64,000 nucleotides of DNA from Camelus dromedarius (GCF_036321535.1 NC_087449.1:37696001-37760000), one strand, 5' to 3'; positions 44,896-58,554 are shown, counted from the first letter of the stretch. The notes: generated from the letters alone by a model not told the origin. Numbers and translations: made by a program.

Positions 44896-47800
44896 GTGAG
44901 TGTCTTTCTGTCTCTTTTTCAGTCAGTGATTGTAAGCCAAGGCATCATGATGTTCTTCAGGTAAATATTACACCTGATACCTGCATAGAACTTCATGTTT
45001 TTCAAAAAGTACCCTCCCACTTACTATCCTATCCCTCAGTGTCCTATAAGACACAAAACAAATGTGTAAACCCTATTATACTAATAAAAGTGAGACCACA
45101 GGCACATCACAACTAATAGCAAAGCCAGATAGAACCCAGGTCTTTTCAGTTTTGGTTTTCTACTTTATCAAGCTGCCTCCCAAACCCCTCATTGGACAAC
45201 TCTATTCACAGCTAATGTTTATCTTACTAACCTTCATGTTCCAAACACTGTCCTAGGCACTTTACCTAGAGAAACTCACTTAATATTTTCAACAACTCAG
45301 TGAAATAGCTACATTTTACTACATTTTATAGATAAGGAAACTGAGGTGCAGGAAAATTAAGTAACTTGCTCAAGGTCACACAGCCAGAGTATGGTTTGCT
45401 GATATTTAAACCCAGGCAGTCTGTCTTTAGAGCTGGTGGTCTTTACCACTCTGCCATATTGCTCCTGTGAACCTATAAAAGGACATTAAAAGGCTAGTGC
45501 ACTTCACTCATGGTGACCGTGTAGCACCCAATTAAATGTGATATTTCTCTCTATAGGCCTCTCCACTCAGGCCATCTGGCGCCGACTATGGGATGAGCTG
45601 ATGAAGACAAGGCCTTCCAGTTTAGAAGTAAGTTAAGACACCATGTAGAATTCTGGCCTGACCTTGCACACTGAAATCAGGAATAGCACACAAACAGAGT
45701 GGGCACCAGTAAAGTGCAGGGACAGGGATGGAATGAATTTGGGAAGAGGGCTCTGATGGCCTGTTACAAAGTTCTTTCCCATTTGACATTTGTCACTGAC
45801 TAACTTGTTCACCATGTTTGCAGGTGACACAAAACAGGGAAAGGTAGTGATCACAATGGATGGCAGAACCCAGATTCAGGTCTTGACAGGGCTGGAGCAG
45901 TGGTCAAACCTAACAAGATGAAATTTAACAGAATAAACCAACTCTTCACCTGAGTCTAAAAAATTCCAATTGCATGACCTCAGAGTAGTGGGTGGAGGGG
46001 TCTGGCTTAGCAGCAGCTTGTATAAAAAAGATTAAGGGGGTTTAGTTGACAATGTGCCGAAGCCACTCATATAATGACTGTATTCTGAGCTGTGTGAACT
46101 AATGTAACTATGATGTAGACTGAAGGACAAGGGGGATGATAGACCTGCCTGGCTCTGCAGTGGTCAGGCTCTCCCTGGAGTATGGAGAAAGAAGTCAAAG
46201 CCACGTCACGTGAGTCACATTTGGAAGACTGGAGATGTTTTTCCTGAAAAAGAGAAGACATGGGGAACATGAACTGTCTTGAAATATTTGAATGGTTGTC
46301 ACACGAAAGGGGGATTAACAGACTTGTTCTGGTTGAAAGCTAAAGGAGGATAAATTTTTGCTAAACTAAATGTAGAAATTTTAAACTCTGAGCTTATTGG
46401 TGATGAAACAAGCTAAGTCCCAGAGGTAATAAGCTTCCCTGTCACTAATTGTTTAATAGTTAAGAGTCTGGATAACTACCTAACATGAGAGTATTGTGGA
46501 AGAAATTCAGCATTGTAAGAGATGCTGGACAAGATGACTTTTAGGGCTCCTTTTAGCCCTAAGAGTCTATTATTCATTGGTTCACTCACTGGAGCTCTCA
46601 TTTAAGTAGAATTCCTTTTGTTGCTCCTAATGAGGTGACAGGACAGATTGAGTTCAATAAACATTTACTAAAACTTACCACATCTTATGCTAAATATTAC
46701 AAGTACAGACACAGTCCCTAATCTTGAGGAACTGCCAGTTTAGTGGGGACATCTGCAAAGAAATACATCATGTATGGCAGAGTAAGTGGTATGATAGAGT
46801 GTAGCAAGGAGGCTGAGGGAGAAGGGGGCAAGAAAGTCTTTCCTAGGAAGTAGTATTTGAATTGGGCTTTATAAGTTAATGAGGCCAAATGACAAGAGAA
46901 TAAGCTCTTATCAGGAATTGGAGATTTAATTCGGGGGGATACACTAGATTCAGTAACATTCAGCTCCATATCTTTCAGCTTTTCCACTTCCAGATCTAGG
47001 TGCAACCCCTGGAGTTCAGTGTAATGATGTTGAGGCCCAACAAAATTCTCAGGCATTATATGTGGGAGTTAGGCCTTAGGAGGAGAAGTCACAGAATGTT
47101 AGAAAACAGCAGCGGCTTCCTTCAACCTTTAAAGAAATATAAGATTCGCTTTGTCACAGTGTCTCCCAAGCAGTATGGTTGACTAGCAGGTGATGGAGAT
47201 TATAATGTCTTCCTCTCAGAGAAAGCTCTTTTTCCAACATTATCTCAAGCTTCCTGGAAAGGAATGTCTATTCATTATCTTGTTAACTTGTCTCAGAGCA
47301 TTTCAGAATATTTAGGAAGCCATAGGCTTGGTGGCCTAATAGTCACCTACAAAGAGGTCCTGATATGGATATAAAGCATATCCATTCCAGAGGGTGTCTT
47401 CTTCCACTTCCCACTTCTGCATCACAGTAGCCTTCACTTCATTCATAATTCAAACACATTTGTTGAGTGACTACTCAGTTCCAGAGACTATGCTAGATTC
47501 CAGGAATATAAAGGTGAGCAAAGTAGACACAGCCCCCGATTGCTTGTAAAGCAATGTGCTTCAGTCACATGGGAACCACCCAGGATGCTGTCCAGAGGGC
47601 TTGCTTTGTTTTTATAGCGTGGAATATTTCCATCTTCGAGCTCAGGTCACACGCATTAATTTCTAATAGTACTTTTTACATATTGAGACTTTTTTTAATT
47701 CAAAGGACACTCAATTCAGTAATTACTGGTCTGTTTCTTCCCTGCATATATATAAAATGCCTTGGGGTTTTGTTGGTTGGGTTTGTTTTTTTTTTTTTTT

Positions 47801-50800
47801 GAATTGAAGATATTGTCTCCAAAGAAGAGAGTGAACCAAAAATCACAGAGATTGTAGAGGAAGAATATGATTAGTATCTATTAAGTATATATTGGGTATT
47901 ATCCTTGACTTTTACAAACTTATGGCAGAAATAATAAAGCCAAATAAAATAAAGCTTGTCCCAAAAAAAAGCAATAGTATTTCAAAATGTGTAGTACTAG
48001 TGTATATGTGTATTAAGAGATCTGTGGGATAAAACAGATATTCTGGAGACAAAGCAATGGGAAAATGAAGGATTATTCAATAAATGGTTCTCTAGTAATT
48101 GGTTAACCATTTGGAAAAAATAAAGTTAGAGCCTCACTTTATAATATACCCAAGTAATTTCTATATGGATTAAAGATTACATTGTAAAAAGTAAAAGCAC
48201 GAAACAGTTTTAAAAAGAATAAAGGTGACTGGTTATCTAATCTCAGGATAGAGAGTACTAGTTATTAAATGAGCAGAACCAAAAAAAGAATATGGACATA
48301 TTTGGCCATATAAAATGCCAACACTATAAACACAATTTAAAAGGTACATAAACTAGGAAGAAATGTATCCAACAATATTTGCAAAATAAAAGGATACAGA
48401 GACTAAGACATAGATGAACATCCCAGTAAAATAAAATAAGTAAAGATTTGGACAAGGCACAAAATACACAAAAATCTCCAATAAAGTGAAAAATGTTCAA
48501 TCTCATTAATAATAAAAAAAAAGAGAAAGTAAAATTATACCTCTTAAATTAGTAAAGTTTTGTTTTAATTTGGTTTGTTTTAAAAGATAATTCCAGGGGT
48601 GGGTAGAACTTGTATTTTAATATGTTTTTGGTGGGAACAGAAATGTTACAACTTTCTTGGTGGGCAATCTGGTGATAATTGTCAGGAGTCTTTAAAATAC
48701 CCAAATTTCTCAACTAGAATTTTATGGAATATAAAAATTGAGATACTCACAAAGATTTATTTCCAGATGTTCATTATAGCAAAGTTTAATATAAAAAGGT
48801 GGAAACAATTTAAATATTCAGTAATATAGAAATTATTAAATATTTTAGAGATATTAATAAAGTCATTCTAAAAATTTTAAGTACATGGTGGTAAAAATGT
48901 TAAATGATGTGGTGGTATAATGTTAAAAAGCCCAGTATTTGAAACTTCAAAATTGTCTCAATTTTATAAAAACAAATGTCTATTCACATGTACATATATA
49001 CTCCAAAGATTTGGTTTTACACATGATTTTTGATTTGCTTTCTTATATTTCCACAGACAATATTTGTTAGAAGAATAACAGTGGACAATATATAGTTCAT
49101 GAGCATTTGTGGGCTCTAACAGTTTAGTACAAGAATCTATTTGGCTCTCCCTGGTTTGTATACACATTTCTTCCTTCCCAACCAGTGCCTGAGCTGCCAG
49201 CCCATTGTGCATGAGCCAGTGATAAATTGTGTTGGTAGGTAGCTGTCATTTCACCTCTTTGATGGTGCCTGATTTCACCTACTCTCACTCAAAAGAAGTA
49301 CTTAAATCACTTTGCATTGCTTGAGCTATAGTGTATAAGTCCAGAAAATGAGTGGCTTAAGACTAGATCTCAGGTATTTTTCAGCTTTGAAGTTTTAGCA
49401 TAGAATCTTCTGCAAGGTGGTGATGGAATAAAATGCAGTGAGTTGCTGTCTGTTCGTGCATTAATTCATAAGAAAGAAGCCATTGAGATAGTTGTCAACT
49501 AATTTTACGTACTCATTTAATCCTTACAACTCTGTGATATAGGTATAGTTATCTTCCTTACTTTGCAAATGCTGCAGTTGAGGCAGACAGAGGTAAAGTG
49601 ACTTGCTTGAGGTTACGGTTCATGAACTGCAGACCTGGGATTCAAGTTGAGGCAGTCTATCTCTGGAGTGCATGGTCTTAATCACTACGTCATGCTGCTC
49701 TCACTGTGGTTATCACATGTCTGGGGGGTTCCAATTTTAAGTATTCTCTCCCATTGTCTTCATCAACCATGAAAATGTCGAAAACCCAGCATTTAGTTAT
49801 CTAAAGTACATATTCCACATAGCTTATGCTTGGAAACAGCTATATCTTGGGTCACATTCACACCTTTGTCCATATTTTAGCCCTAGATCTTATAACCATC
49901 TGACTATTTCACTTGTGAAGTTGAAGTCTTGCTAGGGTTACCTGCAAGTGTTTTTCAAGGTTGTGAGTGTGGGCTAGCGAATGTTTTTTTTAAAAAGTGC
50001 TTCAAGTGAGGCAGGATTTGAAGGATTCAGGAATACTCTCCCTGCTTCCACTTAAGGCTGAGTAGAGATTTAGTTGTCAGGTATTCTTTCCTGCTTCTGT
50101 AAGACTCCCACACTGCCGCTGGAGAGGCCTTTCTCTGTTGTTGCTGCCATGCAGTTAGCTCAAACGTGAAATCATTCCTAATTATTACCACAGCAGGCAG
50201 AGCCTTGGGGGATAGCGAGGGCAAAGAGAATGACACTTTTGCCTGAGAACAGTAGGGGCCCAGCTCTTGACAAGAACTTCATATAAATTGAGGGTCACCC
50301 TGGTATGAGGGAATGCATGGAGGCAGGGTAAATACCAAAGAGAAATGTCTTATTTTTAGTCTTAGGGAACCTCAGGCCTCTACTTCCTTTGCTTCAGGCT
50401 GAATAAACACCCAGCTTAATAGGCTCTTCCTCCATCAAGTCCGTTTCCCATTTCCCATCTGGGCTAATTATTAGCAGCAGCAGCAGTAGCATTTTGTATT
50501 TTGCAGTTTACAAATTCCCTTAAACTTGGAATGTTTCATTTGCTCTTCACAACAAACCTGTGAAACAGGTCATATTATCCACATTTTACAGATGAAGAGG
50601 TTCAAGGAGGTCCAGAGTATAGTGGCAGAGCTGGCACCTGTTTCAGTCAGGTGACTTTCTGTTGCAATCTTAGGAGAAAATGGAGACTTAGAGAAATATT
50701 TGTCTCAGTGTCCTTTTAGGGTAGGTGGCAGAATTCCTAGTCTCTGATTCACATCAGAATCAACTGGGGGAGGTTTAAAAAATAAAGATGGATGGACTTT

Positions 50801-53603
50801 ACCTCAGATGTAACACAATAGAACCACCAAGTCTGGGTACCTGGCACATGAATTTTGGAAAAATCTCCACAGTAAGTTCTGATGTGTACCAAAAGTTGAA
50901 AATGACTTGCATTCAGAGTTCTAAATGTATCAGAATAGCCTGAAGTCTCATGTCCATCAAATTATTGCCTTGGAGAAAACAAATCTAAGATTTGGTCCCT
51001 CCTCTCCAGGAATTTTGATGTCTGGTTGGGATAAGACATGTACACAGGCAGAGCCTCAACCCCATGAGACATATCTACCAGTGTCTAAGACCTGAGTAGT
51101 CAGAGTAACAGAGGAGTCCCAAGAGAGGTGAGGGGTAGAAGATCGTTGGAGGGAAGTGGGGGCGCAGACAAATACTAACAGCATCAGGGAGAAATGAACA
51201 GCCTCAAAGAGTGAAATGTTAGTGGGTCCTTTCAGGAAGTCTGTTTGGTGTGGCAATGGAAAACATTTCTGGCAGATTTAGGAAAAGATATAGAAGGCAG
51301 ATTTGGGTCAGTGAGGTGGCCAGTTTGGCTAGAGCAAATCATTCATGAGCAAGATGTGGGAGATAAAGCTTCTCAGGTAGGCATGAGCCATACTGTAGAG
51401 AGCTTTCCCTGCCAGGCCGAGGAACTTCATGTGCTGCAGCCCCAATCCCCTAGGCAGTGGGGAGACATTAAGGGTTTTAAATCAGAATAATGTAATCAGT
51501 TTTAAAATTTTTACAAAGGTGAATCCAGTGGACTTGTGCAAGTTTGAGAAGGGGGAAGGGGCATAAGGAGAGAAATCGCGAAGCTAATGAAGTACCCAGA
51601 TATGAGGTGATAAGAGTCTGAACAAAGGTGGTGACATAAGAATGGAAAGTTATTGAGGGTGGCAGATTTAGCTCAGTGGCAGAGCGTCCGCTTGGCGTGC
51701 AGGAGGTCCTGGGTTCAATCCCCAGTGCTTCTGTTAATGGGAGGGGGGGAATGGAAAGTTAGGATCAGGTTCTAGAAACAAACATGGAAGAATTTACAAG
51801 ATTGAGCGTTTCACTTGAGAGGCACTATAGCAAAATGGTTTCTTGGAACCAAATTCCTGGGTTCAAGTCTTGATTCTACCACTTAACTGTGTAACCACAG
51901 GCAATGACCACCTTTGTGCCTTGGTTTTCTTACTTGTAAAATGGATTTAATATTAATACATACTGCAAAGATGTGAGGGCTAAATGAATTTGCATAAATT
52001 ATTTAGGATGTTGTCTGGTTTAGGAAATAGCTGCTGGAAGGAAACTGGGATAATTCTATGGGTAGCACTCTTACTATCACAGCTGTCTGGCATATTCTCT
52101 GCTTTCAGAGTGTGACCTGTTGGCGAGCCAAGTTTATGGAGGCCTTTTTCTCCCATGTTCTACGTGGGACCATTGATGTGTCTTCTGACAGGCGTCTTTG
52201 TGACCAGCGCTTCTCGCCTCTCCTGCATAGCTCCCGCCATGTCCGTCAGCTCACCATCTGCAACATGCTGCAGGGTGCAACCGAGCTGGTGGCTGAGCCC
52301 AACCGAAGGGTTCTGGAGACCCTGGCCAGTTCCCTGCACACCCTCAAATTCCGCCACCTGCTGTTCTCCGACGTGGCTGCTCAGCAGTCACTTCGGCAGC
52401 TGTTACATCAGCTTATTCACCATGGGGCTGTCAGCCAGGTGTCGCTGTACTCCTGGCCTGTGCCTGAGTCAGCCCTTTTCATCCTTATCCTCACTATGAG
52501 TGCTGGCTTCTGGCAGCCAGGCCCTGGTGGCCCACCCTGCCGCCTCTGTGGAGAGGCTTCCCGAGGTCGGGCCCCATCCCGAGATGAAGGGTCCCTCTTG
52601 CTAGGCTCACGCCGGCCTCGCCGGGATGCTGCTGAGCGATGTGCTGCAGCCCTGATGGCCTCCCGGCGGAAGAGCGAAGCCAAGCAGACGACCAGAGCCG
52701 CACCTGCCACGCGGGTTACACGCCGGAGCACACAGGAGAGTCTGACAGCAGGCGGGACAGACCCTAAGAGGGAATTGCTCCCTCCAGCCACCTCCCATGA
52801 GGCTCCTGGCACCAAACGACCACCCTCTGCTCCACCCACCACTTCTTCTGCCTCTGCCTCCTCTTCCACATCCTCATCTAAACGGGCTCCAGCTAGCTCA
52901 GCCCCACAGCCTAAGCCCCTAAAGCGTTTTAAGCGAGCTACAGGGAAAAAGGGTGCTCGCACCCGTCAGGGGTCTGGTGCAGAGTCTGAAGACCTGTATG
53001 ACTTTGTTTTCATTGTGGCGGGTGAGAAAGAGGATGGGGAAGAGATGGAGATCGGGGAAGTGGCTTGTGGAGCTTTGGATGGATCAGATCCCAGCTGCCT
53101 GGGGCTTCCGGCACTGGAGGCCTCCCAGCGATTCCGCAGCATTTCCACCTTGGAGCTCTTCACAGTTCCGCTCTCCACAGAGGCAGCTCTGACACTGTGC
53201 CACCTGCTGAGCTCCTGGGTGTCTCTGGAGAGCCTCACACTCTCCTACAATGGTGAGTGTCCTGGAGGGTAGGGGTTGGGTCTCCCAGCAGCACCAGCTG
53301 TGTGCCCAATCCTGTGGACGGGAACAGAGGGTATGATCAGGAAGCTGGCGATGTGGGAGGCAGGTGTGCCCGTGAAATAGTGGCAGACTGTCGGTGCTAG
53401 GGAAGACAAAGCATGAGATCTACAGGCTTGATTTAGTTGGAAGCAGGGATTCCTGAGGGGCAGTGAGAACCTAAAGAATGAGTCTATTTTAGAGATAATA
53501 GGCAAACCAAAGGCAGGTCAGAGTATAGTGTATACAGGCCCAGCCAGGGCTGAGATTGAATCTCTCTAGTCATACCAAAGCAGCTGTACAAAGAGGTGTG
53601 GGA

Positions 53604-53634
<31 letters not shown>

Positions 53635-56600
53635 GAATTAGATGAGCAACCTGCGAAGCAGTCCTTAGTTCTTTCCCACCTGGCTATGCCCAGCTAGCCA
53701 AACTTCAATTCTGGCTAAATCCAGCTATCTGCCTAGGTTGCTGAACAATGCTAGAGAAAGTCACACAACTGCACAAATTGGTGCTACTATATACAGTTAT
53801 CCACGTCCTATAAACCTTGTTTGCAACATCAGCAATTCCCATTCCTACTCTACCATTTCCACTTTTCCCTTTTCCTTTCTCAGCAGATGACCTCACCTCC
53901 TACTTCACAGAGAAAATAGAAGTCATCACACATGAACTTCAACTTACTGCTAACCAATTTTTTTTTCTGTCCAGTCAACCTTAAGTCATCTGTGCTCTCT
54001 CCTCTCACAGCCACTCCAACCTTGCTTACACCCAACCGCATTGAGGACCTAGAGGTGACTGAGGTCCTCCTTAAGTCCAATATGTACTTTCAGTTTTCAT
54101 CTTGTATTAATTCTTGCCAGCCTTCGCTATTAAGTATTATCTTTATGAGTCTCATTTTTACTACCTCAAAACCTTCTCATTTTTTTTTCTCCTCCCTTTC
54201 TGTATATTACTTCTCTTATCTCAATGTTTAGAGTTTCTCTGAGCTCTCCCACTCTACACATGTTCCTGGACAATTTTGCTCATTCCTTCGGTTTCAAAGG
54301 CTGAAAACATCCCCATTTTATGATTTTAGCCCACATCTTTCTCCTAAACTCCAGACCTATTTATCCATCTGACTGCTAGGTAACATGGAATTCATAAACC
54401 ATACCCCCCAACCTGAATATATCTTCCTTCTAAACTAACCCTCCTATTTTCAGTGACGTCACAGATGACTCAGTTGCCCCAAATCTCTCACTCCACATAT
54501 ATTTGATTACCAAGTTGTATCTTTAGTCTGTCTCTCAAATCCATTTTTCTCTTATCTCCACATTCTTAATTCAGATTACCATTACTTCTCACGTGGATTC
54601 ATTTCAGCAATTCCTCCTGACTCCATACTCACCACACAATTCATTGTTTACATTGCAGCCTAAGCATTTTCAAAAATGCAAATCTGTCATTCATTCATTC
54701 ATTCAAAGACTCTTCAATGGCTTCTTGTCCCCATACTTCTTATTTTACTTACTTGGTCATTCATGTTCTCACCCCTGCTTACCTCTATCTTGAACACTTC
54801 CCCCCTCATACTTTACACATCAGCCACATTGAGTATTTTTCAGTTCTTGGAACCTGCCATTCTTTCTCCTTCAGGTCTTGATATATGCCAAGTTCACTCT
54901 GACATAGTCACTCTTTGTTTTAGCCTGTCTCCTTTAAGTTCTTCAGGACTCAGCTGGAAAGCCTTCACTGATAAAAGAGCTGGACTGGGTGCTAAGTATC
55001 CATCTTCTGTATTTCCACAGTACTTTACTTCCCCAGTTTCCATCATGTTTTTATCAGGCTATATAGGCAGGAACAAGATCTGCTGCTCATGACTGTCTAG
55101 CAAAGGACCCTATTTTACTAGGTTTAGGTGAGTGAATGAATCAACTGGAGCCTGCTCAGTCCAAGGAGAGCTAAAGGTTTGGGTTCCAAGGAATTACTTG
55201 CTTTGTGGCATTAAGCAACTGTCCTAACCTTTCTGGATTTTACTCCCTTCTGTGGGAGTGGCTATTTTTAGCCCTGTCCCTACCCAGTGAATCTTTTAAA
55301 GTATTCCCTATTGGATCATTGTCACTCTCCTGCTTAGTTCATAGATGTTCCCTATGACCCACAGGAAAAGTCCAGAGGTCTCTGCTGCTGTCTGGGCCTA
55401 TCATTCAGCTGGTAGCCACATGCTGCCCCACCACATCCTATCTTCTATTTTGTGACTCTGCCCTGACGCTTGAGGGTATGGCCCAGTAGAGTAGACATCA
55501 GTATGCTGGTTACCTGAGGAAAAAGCAAGACAATCAATGAATAGTTGAGATGAATGATTTAAAATAATCTGGTCCAAACCTCAGATTTGGTAGTTATCAA
55601 TAGAAATATTTGGAGTTGTGTCTGAATATTACCTCTGATGACACTCCTACATGACTGACCTANNNNNNNNNNNNNNNNNNNNNNNNNNNNNNNNNNNNNN
55701 NNNNNNNNNNNNNNNNNNNNNNNNNNNNNNNNNNNNNNNNNNNNNNNNNNNNNNNNNNNNNNNNNNNNNNNNNNNNNNNNNNNNNNNNNNNNNNNNNNNN
55801 NNNNNNNNNNGCCATTGTGCGAGCCCTGCCCCTGCTGCGGGTCCTCTCTATTCGTGTCGACCACCCCAGCCAGAGGGACAACCCTGCTGTGCCAGGGAAC
55901 GCAGGGCCTCCTAGCCACATAATTGGGGATGAGGAGATACCAGGTGAAGCAGTGTGTGTGCTCATGTGCATTTGTAGGGGGGCGGGGTGCAAAAGACCGC
56001 TAATCCAGGGCCTGTCAACATTCATTCCTGGCTTATCTGGAAGCTGTTCTCTTTAGAGCCTGCTGTTCTTAAAGATAAGCATGGGTCAGATAGGTCCCAG
56101 ACCAACACTGGCCCAGTAGAGGGTCACCATGGAGATCAGTCTCCAGAAAGGGGTCTGAACCAAGAACAGAACCAACTGTTCTGTAGAGTAGATTAGGTCC
56201 CTGTGCTGTATGTTCCCTTAGTTCCTGTATGTCTTCTACCATTCTGCATACTCTGTATCTTCTTGTGTCCAAGTCGTCTTCTTGGATTTAAAGCTCCATT
56301 AAGGGCAAGGGCTAAATCTCATACTAGCACACTGCCTTAGCATAAAGTAGGCACTCAAGGACAAGTAGATGAATAATTTTCCAGTGAATCCCTTAAGGAT
56401 AGGATGGAACCTGCAATGGGAGAAGAGATGGCCAGCTACAATCTTCTCTCCCTACCATATCCAGAAAACTGCCTGGAACAGTTGGAGATGGGATTTCCAC
56501 GCGGAGCTCAGCCAGCCCCACTGCTCTGCTCTGTACTGAAGGCTTCAGGTTCTCTGCAGCAGCTGTCCCTGGATAGTGCCACCTTTGCCTCTCCCCAGGA

Positions 56601-58112
56601 TTTTGGGCTTGTGTTGCAGACACTCAAAGGTAGGACCTAGCTAGAATGATAAAGGAAGGAGGGGAGCTTGCATTGTTTGGGAAAGCTAAGGCCCATGAAC
56701 CCTCTTCCCATCCAGAATACAACATAGCCCTGAAGAGGCTGAGCTTCCACGACATGAATCTGGCCGACTGTCAGAGTGAGGTGCTCTTTTTGCTACAGAA
56801 TCTGACTCTTCAAGGTAAGTTCTTTATCCAGAACCTGGGGCATTCCTGGGTCCTCAGTGCAGCTCTGCCAGTGTCAGTGAGTGAGCAAGCCACTGTTCTT
56901 TTCTTGACCTTATGTCCTCAACTATAAAATGGTTATAGAACCTGCATCATCTTCCTTCTAAAAGGGTCCCAAACTCAACTCCTCCTATACTGAACGTGGA
57001 ATTTACTCACTTTAAGAGTGCCTCACTTAAAAGTTTTTCTTCCCTTTCAGTAGCTGACAAATAATGGTGGTAGGAAGGGATAAATGTGCTGTCAGGCTCC
57101 CATCACAGGCTCATCTCTAATGCCCACTCCTGCAGAGAAGGAAGTGAATGGAGAACTGTCCATGCAGAGAGCCTCCCTGCAGTGAACATCTAGGCTCAAT
57201 CTCTGATTTGAATCCTGATTTAGTTGCAGCCTTGCTTGGGGTTTTGTACAAATTCTTTTCTCTTTCTGGGACTCTGTATAAAATGTTCATACTGGGGCAG
57301 TAGGGGCAACACCAGTCCTAATGCAGCCATCAGAACTTATTCCAATTTCTCTTGACAGAGATTACCTTCTCCTTCTGCCGTCTGTTCGAGAAGCGCCCGG
57401 CCCAATTTCTCCCTGAGATGGTTGCTGCTATGAAGGGCAACTCCACACTGAAGGGCCTCCGGCTGCCAGGAAACCGCCTGGGTGGGGACAGGGCCCTGAG
57501 GAGGGAGAAGGGGAAGGAGCCAGTCCTTTGACCTAGAAACTCAGGGGGCAAAGGCACAGACCTCTCCACTAGGAAGATAAGGGTTGGGATATAGTTGTGC
57601 TGGAATTTCAGAAAGCTGGGCTTCTTCCCAGCCAGAATTGGGTTGGAATGCCCTTTTTCCCTGTTCTTGGGTAGAGGTGATGAGCATTTCTCCCCTTCTC
57701 CCCAGGGAATGCTGGTCTCCTGGCCCTCGCAGATGTTTTTTCAGAAGATTCATCCTCCTCTCTGTGTCAGCTGGATATCAGGTACACATGGAGGGGGTGA
57801 GGGGTTGGTAGAACAACAAAGGATGGAGCTTCAGGGACATGGACCAGGGATTAGTTGATTCCTGAGTGTCTAATCCATCTCACCCCTACCAGTTCCAACT
57901 GCATCAAGCCAGACGGGCTTCTGNNNNNNNNNNNNNNNNNNNNNNNNNNNNNNNNNNNNNNNNNNNNNNNNNNNNNNNNNNNNNNNNNNNNNNNNNNNNN
58001 NNNNNNNNNNNNNNNNNNNNNNNNNNNNNNNNNNNNNNNNNNNNNNNNNNNNNNNGTTAGCGACTCGTGGGACTCATCCCAAGCCTTTGCAGATTATGTC
58101 AGCACCATGTGA
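44809..58112 (+). CDS. LRRC41: LRRC41 (MUF1), leucine-rich repeat protein 41; visible exons 2-10. Exon 1 inferred inside gap 41006-41350
   Basis: Exons 44809-44895, 45557-45627, 52109-53252, (gap)-55943, 56465-56629, 56716-56814, 57359-57481, 57706-57781, 57893-58112; GT-AG, phases compatible; ends [17 protein letters not shown]. Confidence 0.96.
45557..45627 (+). CDS. LRRC41: LRRC41 exon 3
   Basis: tatag|GC CTC TCC...TTA GAA|gtaag; [23 protein letters not shown]. Confidence 0.95.
45915..46430 (+). mobile_element. CR1/L3 fragment
   Basis: gaaatttaacag...ggggtttagttgac; cttgaaatatttgaa.ggttgtcac. Confidence 0.5.
47900..48900 (+). mobile_element. Old L1ME-type ORF2/3' fragments
   Basis: gattattcaataaatgg...ccatttggaaaaaataaagttagagcctcac...atggattaaaga. 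Confidence 0.6.
50735..50910. mobile_element. MER5A-like hAT fragment
   Basis: cacatcagaatcaactgggggagg...aagttctgatgtgtaccaaaagttgaaaa. Confidence 0.5.
51653..51748 (+). mobile_element. tRNA-Ala-like SINE / tRNA retrocopy
   Basis: ggcagatttagctcagtggcagagcgtccgcttggcgtgcaggaggtcctgggttcaatccccagtgc; 13-bp TSD gaatggaaagtta at 51640-51652 and 51749-51761. Confidence 0.85.
52109..53252 (+). CDS. LRRC41: LRRC41 exon 4 (1144 nt)
   Basis: ttcag|AGT GTG ACC...AAT G|gtgag; core of the 404-aa track ORF. Confidence 0.97.
53607..53634 (+). repeat. Poly-T run (28 nt)
   Basis: Direct read. Confidence 0.9.
53860..55090 (+). mobile_element. L2 LINE fragments (LRRC41 intron 4)
   Basis: gcagatgacctcacctcctacttcacagagaaaataga; pyrimidine-rich L2 3' region. 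Confidence 0.65.
55663..55810. other. Assembly gap (148 N) over the 5' part of LRRC41 exon 5
   Basis: N run. Confidence 0.99.
55811..55943 (+). CDS. LRRC41: LRRC41 exon 5, visible 3' part (5' part in gap 55663-55810)
   Basis: [45 protein letters not shown]|gtgaa. Confidence 0.93.
56465..56629 (+). CDS. LRRC41: LRRC41 exon 6
   Basis: tccag|AA AAC TGC...AAA G|gtagg; [13 protein letters not shown]...LVLQTLK. Confidence 0.95.
56716..56814 (+). CDS. LRRC41: LRRC41 exon 7
   Basis: tccag|AA TAC...CAA G|gtaag; [32 protein letters not shown]. Confidence 0.95.
57359..57481 (+). CDS. LRRC41: LRRC41 exon 8
   Basis: gacag|AG ATT ACC...CTG G|gtggg; [40 protein letters not shown]. Confidence 0.94.
57706..57781 (+). 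CDS. LRRC41: LRRC41 exon 9
   Basis: cccag|GG AAT GCT...ATC AG|gtaca; [25 protein letters not shown]. Confidence 0.94.
57893..58112 (+). CDS. LRRC41: LRRC41 exon 10 coding part (interrupted by gap 57924-58055)
   Basis: accag|T TCC AAC TGC; [10 protein letters not shown][gap][21 protein letters not shown] 58110-58112. Confidence 0.94.
57924..58055. other. Assembly gap (132 N) inside LRRC41 exon 10
   Basis: N run; frame preserved across it. Confidence 0.99.
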
Positions 58113-58504
58113 TGGGGCCCATGCCTCACAGGCCTGTGCTCAGTACCGTCAGCTTGCAGGGGCTGAGGCATGGGCTGCCCAGAACTCCCAACCACCAATT
58201 CTGTCTTTCTCTTTCTGCCACCTTTTTTCCTTTTTTCCCCCCTTCTTCCCTTAAACTGAGGTCCTAGAGGCTTTGATGGGGCCCAGCAAAGGCATTCCCA
58301 CAACTGGGTTTAGAGTCTTTGGGCCCCTTACTCAGTGCCCTGGGAACCCTGGGCCAAGAGGTTACAGTGGTCATCAGTCACCGAGGACAGCCCTCCTCCC
58401 CAAGCAGGTACCCAGGCTTTAGAGAAGGGTAAGAGTGCCCACTACCAGGCCTCTCTTCCGCTGGGCTCACCATGCTGCTCCCAGGCCTCAGTCCCTTTCA
58501 TACC

Positions 58505-58510
58505 TTTATT
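58505..58510 (-). terminator. RAD54L polyadenylation signal (AATAAA on - strand)
   Basis: tttatt on + strand 175 nt past the RAD54L stop. Confidence 0.7.
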
Positions 58511-58548
58511 CCTTTCTTTTTTTTTAACCAAAAAAGTTTTTCTTATAA

Positions 58549-58554
58549 AATAAA
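58549..58554 (+). terminator. LRRC41 polyadenylation signal AATAAA
   Basis: First AATAAA I found after the LRRC41 stop. Confidence 0.7.

Noticed and set aside
50179-50473. Two TAATTATTA homeodomain-like palindromes in LRRC41 intron 3
   Set aside because: Short AT-rich words; cannot be told from background without conservation data
51653-51748. Possible tRNA-Ala gene
   Set aside because: Flanked by a 13-bp TSD, mismatched acceptor and anticodon stems, no Pol III T-run terminator; SINE or retrocopy
52058-52108. ATG upstream of LRRC41 exon 4 giving a 404-aa single-exon ORF
   Set aside because: Lies in the intron's acceptor region; the good ttcag acceptor at 52108 explains the ORF
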